Below, in pieces: positions 62,922-64,000 of a stretch of 64,000 bases of DNA; position 1 is the first letter of the stretch; each line of letters starts with the position of its first letter. The translations under genes and the position numbers were made by a program. The stretch is from Mobula hypostoma (Eukaryota): assembly GCF_963921235.1 (NCBI RefSeq), contig NC_086097.1, positions 82,896,001 to 82,960,000 of the forward strand, given 5' to 3'. The notes below the pieces were generated by a model. It was not told where the DNA came from and made no database searches. It worked only from the letters and a program-made list of their open reading frames with translations.

Positions 62922-64000
62922 ATGCAGACAAGTTCAGTGGGGCAGGACAAACAGAAACAATGGGTCTACCTGGACAAGCAGGTTTGTGGAACTTGGGTAT
63001 GACATAGAAACAGGAGACGTAGAGTGCGGGAGCCATGAGATTGGTGGCAGTGGATGGGAGATCACCAGAGCTAATAAGGTTGGTGATGGTGTGGGAAACA
63101 ATAGCCTGCTGTTCCTTAGTGGGGTCCTGTTCAAGGGGCAAGTAAAAGGTGGTGTCTGAGAGTTGCCACCTAGCCTCAGCAAGGTAGAGGTCAGTGTGCC
63201 AGACTACTACAGCACCCCCTTATCTGCGGGTTTGGTGGTGAGGTTAGGATTAGTGCTGAGGGAGTGGAGAGCAGACCATTTGGAAGGGGTGAGGTTGGAA
63301 TAGGAGAGAGGAGTGTTGAAGTCTAGATGGTTGAAGTCCTGTCAGCAGTCGGCAATGAAAAAGTCCAGAGCAGGCAGAAGACTGGGGGGTGGGCGTTGTG
63401 AGGCGGTTTGTCTAGGAAGAGGAGGAGAATTGAAGACAGGAGGAAGAATCACTGGTGCAGTGTGGAGATTTCTTGCTAAGAAGCAGGCTTGGAGAAGAGC
63501 TCAGTGTCATGGCGGGTGCAGAACTTGCTGAGGTGTGGATGCAGGGGGGAACAAAGATGAGGCCTTAACTGAGGACAGACCTGGCACAAAAGAGAGCTGG
63601 GATCAAGGTTGTGGGGGGAAGGAGCTGGTAGTGTCTGAGGAGAAGGGAAGTTTGGGGTGTTCAGGGAAGGTGGGGTGAGAGGAAGATGGAATCTTCAAGG
63701 GCCCAAGAGCTGATGGTGAGCATTGAGAGAGATGGAATTGTGGAGTAGTGGTGGAGGAAGATGAGACGCATGTGAAGACCCAGCCTGGAGGTCAAGGCCG
63801 GAGCAATTGCCACTTTGGAGATGTCCAAGGTCATTGGAACCTGCAACTTATATCTTTGGAGTCTGATCTTTGAATCTGCTTGGGATCATTACAGCCATTG
63901 AGCTCGGTAGCATGGGTCATGGTCTGGAGACATCCGGGCCTACCGGTGTTGGAGTCAGCAGATTCTGTGGACTGTAGATGGGCGACCTTTCAATCCTTGC

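Larger units (their letters stand above)
59722..63780 (-). mobile_element. Long Penelope-like retroelement (RT and GIY-YIG, disrupted), interrupted by an Academ insertion
   Basis: Minus strand, in order: FYVIPKFHKPACPGRPIVS, IFTMDVLSIYTS, QTQGVVMGTHMGPSYA, LRYIDD, VFYKPMDSHSYL, RVPLVLTYNP, GDYFAEHL..LEEQHL, then the pLTR. The 5' boundary is uncertain. Confidence 0.92.

Overview
This is eukaryotic vertebrate DNA, AT-rich and dense in repeats. The repeat families (CR1 with esterase ORF1, V-SINEs, Penelope-derived palindromes) suggest a cartilaginous fish, probably a ray; this is inference. The + strand carries the 3' part of a beta-spectrin gene, best matching SPTB (beta-I). Seven phase-consistent GT-AG exons (762-958, 9082-9203, 10766-10844, 41488-41762, 42938-43111, 45936-45978, 54210-54395) encode the last spectrin repeats, the linker and the PH domain. 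Read-through of the donor at 10845 gives a short PH-less C-terminus like the erythroid isoform. The introns and 3' flank hold an essentially full-length CR1 LINE with 108-bp 5' tandem monomers nested in an older CR1. They also hold several Penelope-like elements whose termini carry a minimal hammerhead ribozyme motif, palindromic mini-elements built from those termini, and an internally deleted AcademX-type DNA transposon (TIRs, 3-bp TSD) inside a Penelope element. Relics of Tc1, Chapaev3, Rex1, RTE and tRNA-derived SINEs make up the rest. Family assignments come from recalled motifs, not database searches. Repeat boundaries are approximate unless a TSD or TIR is quoted.
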